DNA of 27,330 nucleotides from Candidatus Coprovivens sp. (GTDB lineage Bacteria; Bacillota_I; Bacilli_A; RF39; UBA660): NCBI GenBank assembly GCA_051892935.1, contig JBJFGS010000002.1, positions 1 to 27,330 of the forward strand, read 5' to 3'. Shown piece by piece: positions 25,956 to 27,330 of this stretch (position 1 is its first letter; each line of letters starts with the position of its first letter). The notes under the pieces were generated by a model. It saw only the letters and a program-made list of their open reading frames with translations, ran no database searches and was not told where the DNA came from. The position numbers and the translations under genes were made by a program.

Positions 25956-26834
25956 ATGGAAAAATCAAAAGTATATTTTACTAAAGTATTAGAACCTAGT
26001 AGTTTAATCAAATTATATAAAGAAATCGGCGCATTTCTACCAGGTAATGTAGCAGTTAAACTACATTCAGGAGAAAAAGGTAATCAAAATTATTTAAAGC
26101 CAGAATTTGTTAAAGAAATAATAGAATATGTTAACGGAACAGTTGTTGAATGTAATACCGCTTATGAGGGAGCTCGTAATACAACAGATAAACATTTAGA
26201 ATTAATGAAAGAACATAAATGGAGTGATTACTTTAATGTAGATATCCTAGATAGTGAAGGAGAAGAAATATTAGAAAATCCCAATGGTGAAATAATTAAA
26301 AAGAATTATATTGGTACTCATATGAAAAATTACGATTCCATGTTAGTACTATCTCACTTTAAAGGACATCCTATGGGTGGCTTTGGTGGAGCTTTGAAAA
26401 ACATTTCTATCGGCTTAGCATCAAGTAACGGAAAAAGATACATCCATTGTAATGGCAAAGAAAACGCTTCATACGAAGACATGTTTACAGCAGATCATGA
26501 CTCATTTATAAAAGCAATGGCAGATGCAGCAAAAACAATTACCGAGTTATATAAAGATAAAATAGTATTTATTAATTCCGTAGTAAACCTTTCTGTAGAT
26601 TGTGACTGCTGCAGTGTCGCAAGTGACCCTTGTATGAAAGATATTGGTATATTAGCATCACTTGATCCACTAGCGCTAGATCAAGCTTGTATTGATTTTA
26701 TATATAATTCAAAAGACCCAGGAAGAGACACTCTAGTAGAAAGAATAGAATCTCGTAATGGCTTACTTATTTTAGAATCTGCTGAAAAACAAAAAATAGG
26801 TACTAGAGAATACGAACTAATAAATATAGACTAG
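25956..26834 (+). CDS. DUF362-domain protein (putative Fe-S)
   Basis: VAVKLHSGEKGN, ECNTAYEGAR, SHFKGHPMGGFGGALKNIS.G, DCDC, DIGILASLDPLALDQAC. Confidence 0.85.
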   Translation: MEKSKVYFTKVLEPSSLIKLYKEIGAFLPGNVAVKLHSGEKGNQNYLKPEFVKEIIEYVNGTVVECNTAYEGARNTTDKHLELMKEHKWSDYFNVDILDSEGEEILENPNGEIIKKNYIGTHMKNYDSMLVLSHFKGHPMGGFGGALKNISIGLASSNGKRYIHCNGKENASYEDMFTADHDSFIKAMADAAKTITELYKDKIVFINSVVNLSVDCDCCSVASDPCMKDIGILASLDPLALDQACIDFIYNSKDPGRDTLVERIESRNGLLILESAEKQKIGTREYELINID

Positions 26835-26885
26835 ATATTGTTTTACAATATCTTTTTATATCGAAAAATGCAAAGGAGTCTTAAT

Positions 26886-27278
26886 ATGAAAAAACTAATA
26901 AATGAAATAAAAAAACATATTACAGAAAACAATAAATATCTTGCAGAAGACCTAATAAATGAAATTATCAAAAAATCTATTAATAATATAGAAGAATTAA
27001 TTACCTTAGAAAATAACCATTTCAAAATTGAAAACAAAATACTAAATCGAGAAGAAAAAATAGAATATTGTTCTAATAATATACTAAATTCATATTATGA
27101 TGCTGATACCTTAGATTTTGAAGAATCACAAACATATTATAAGTATTATGATTTACTTAAATCATCTTCTAACATAGAAGATAAAATAAAATATATAATA
27201 TTGTTATATGAACTAACAAATAAAAAACAATTACTAATATATGAATTATATAATTGTATAATAGAAAATAAAATATAA
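26886..27278 (+). CDS. Hypothetical protein
   Basis: ATG 26886 follows AAAGGAG and is preferred over TTG 26838; no motif recognised. Confidence 0.65.
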   Translation: MKKLINEIKKHITENNKYLAEDLINEIIKKSINNIEELITLENNHFKIENKILNREEKIEYCSNNILNSYYDADTLDFEESQTYYKYYDLLKSSSNIEDKIKYIILLYELTNKKQLLIYELYNCIIENKI

Positions 27279-27330
27279 TCTATAAATAGCAAGAGTAAGT
27301 GTCCGAAGAGGATATAAAAAAAGACACATA

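Noticed and set aside
15612-27037. Overlapping ORFs at 15612, 20864, 22385, 22519, 24905, 25823 and 26843
   Set aside because: Opposite-strand shadows of better-supported genes, with no recognisable features.
27285-27330. Possible riboswitch or IS end (GTGTC...GACAC dyad) at the right edge
   Set aside because: Truncated by the window edge, with no family consensus I can confirm.

Overview
AT-rich chromosomal window from a low-GC Bacillota (Firmicute), read with the standard code. The host backbone runs: the 3' end of a probable IS1182-family element, uppP, prs, a GltD-like flavoprotein with an Fe-ADH, rhomboid, htrA, csoR-like/CDF, TetR/MMPL, ldh, an SDR with an in-frame stop, and DUF362. 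The main result is a collagen-like (GPT-repeat, BclA-like) gene split in two by an 8,811-bp element that encodes a large serine recombinase. Both junctions can be read from the sequence. An AC core (15504-15505 and 24315-24316) lies 9 bp from perfect 15-bp inverted arms (15515-15529 and 24291-24305), which reconstitutes a symmetric 50-bp attP. Precise excision rejoins 15003-15503 with 24315-25025 in frame, giving a 403-aa protein with a Cys-rich N-terminus, a collagen region and a CBM-like C-terminal domain. The attB is the GPT codon repeat itself, which is pseudo-palindromic about the AC of the Thr codon, so the gene offers several near-identical target sites. The element has no recognisable capsid, conjugation or Rep genes. 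It could be a skin/SPbeta-like reversible gene switch on a surface or spore collagen, or a multi-target TnpX-like transposon. The sequence alone cannot distinguish these.
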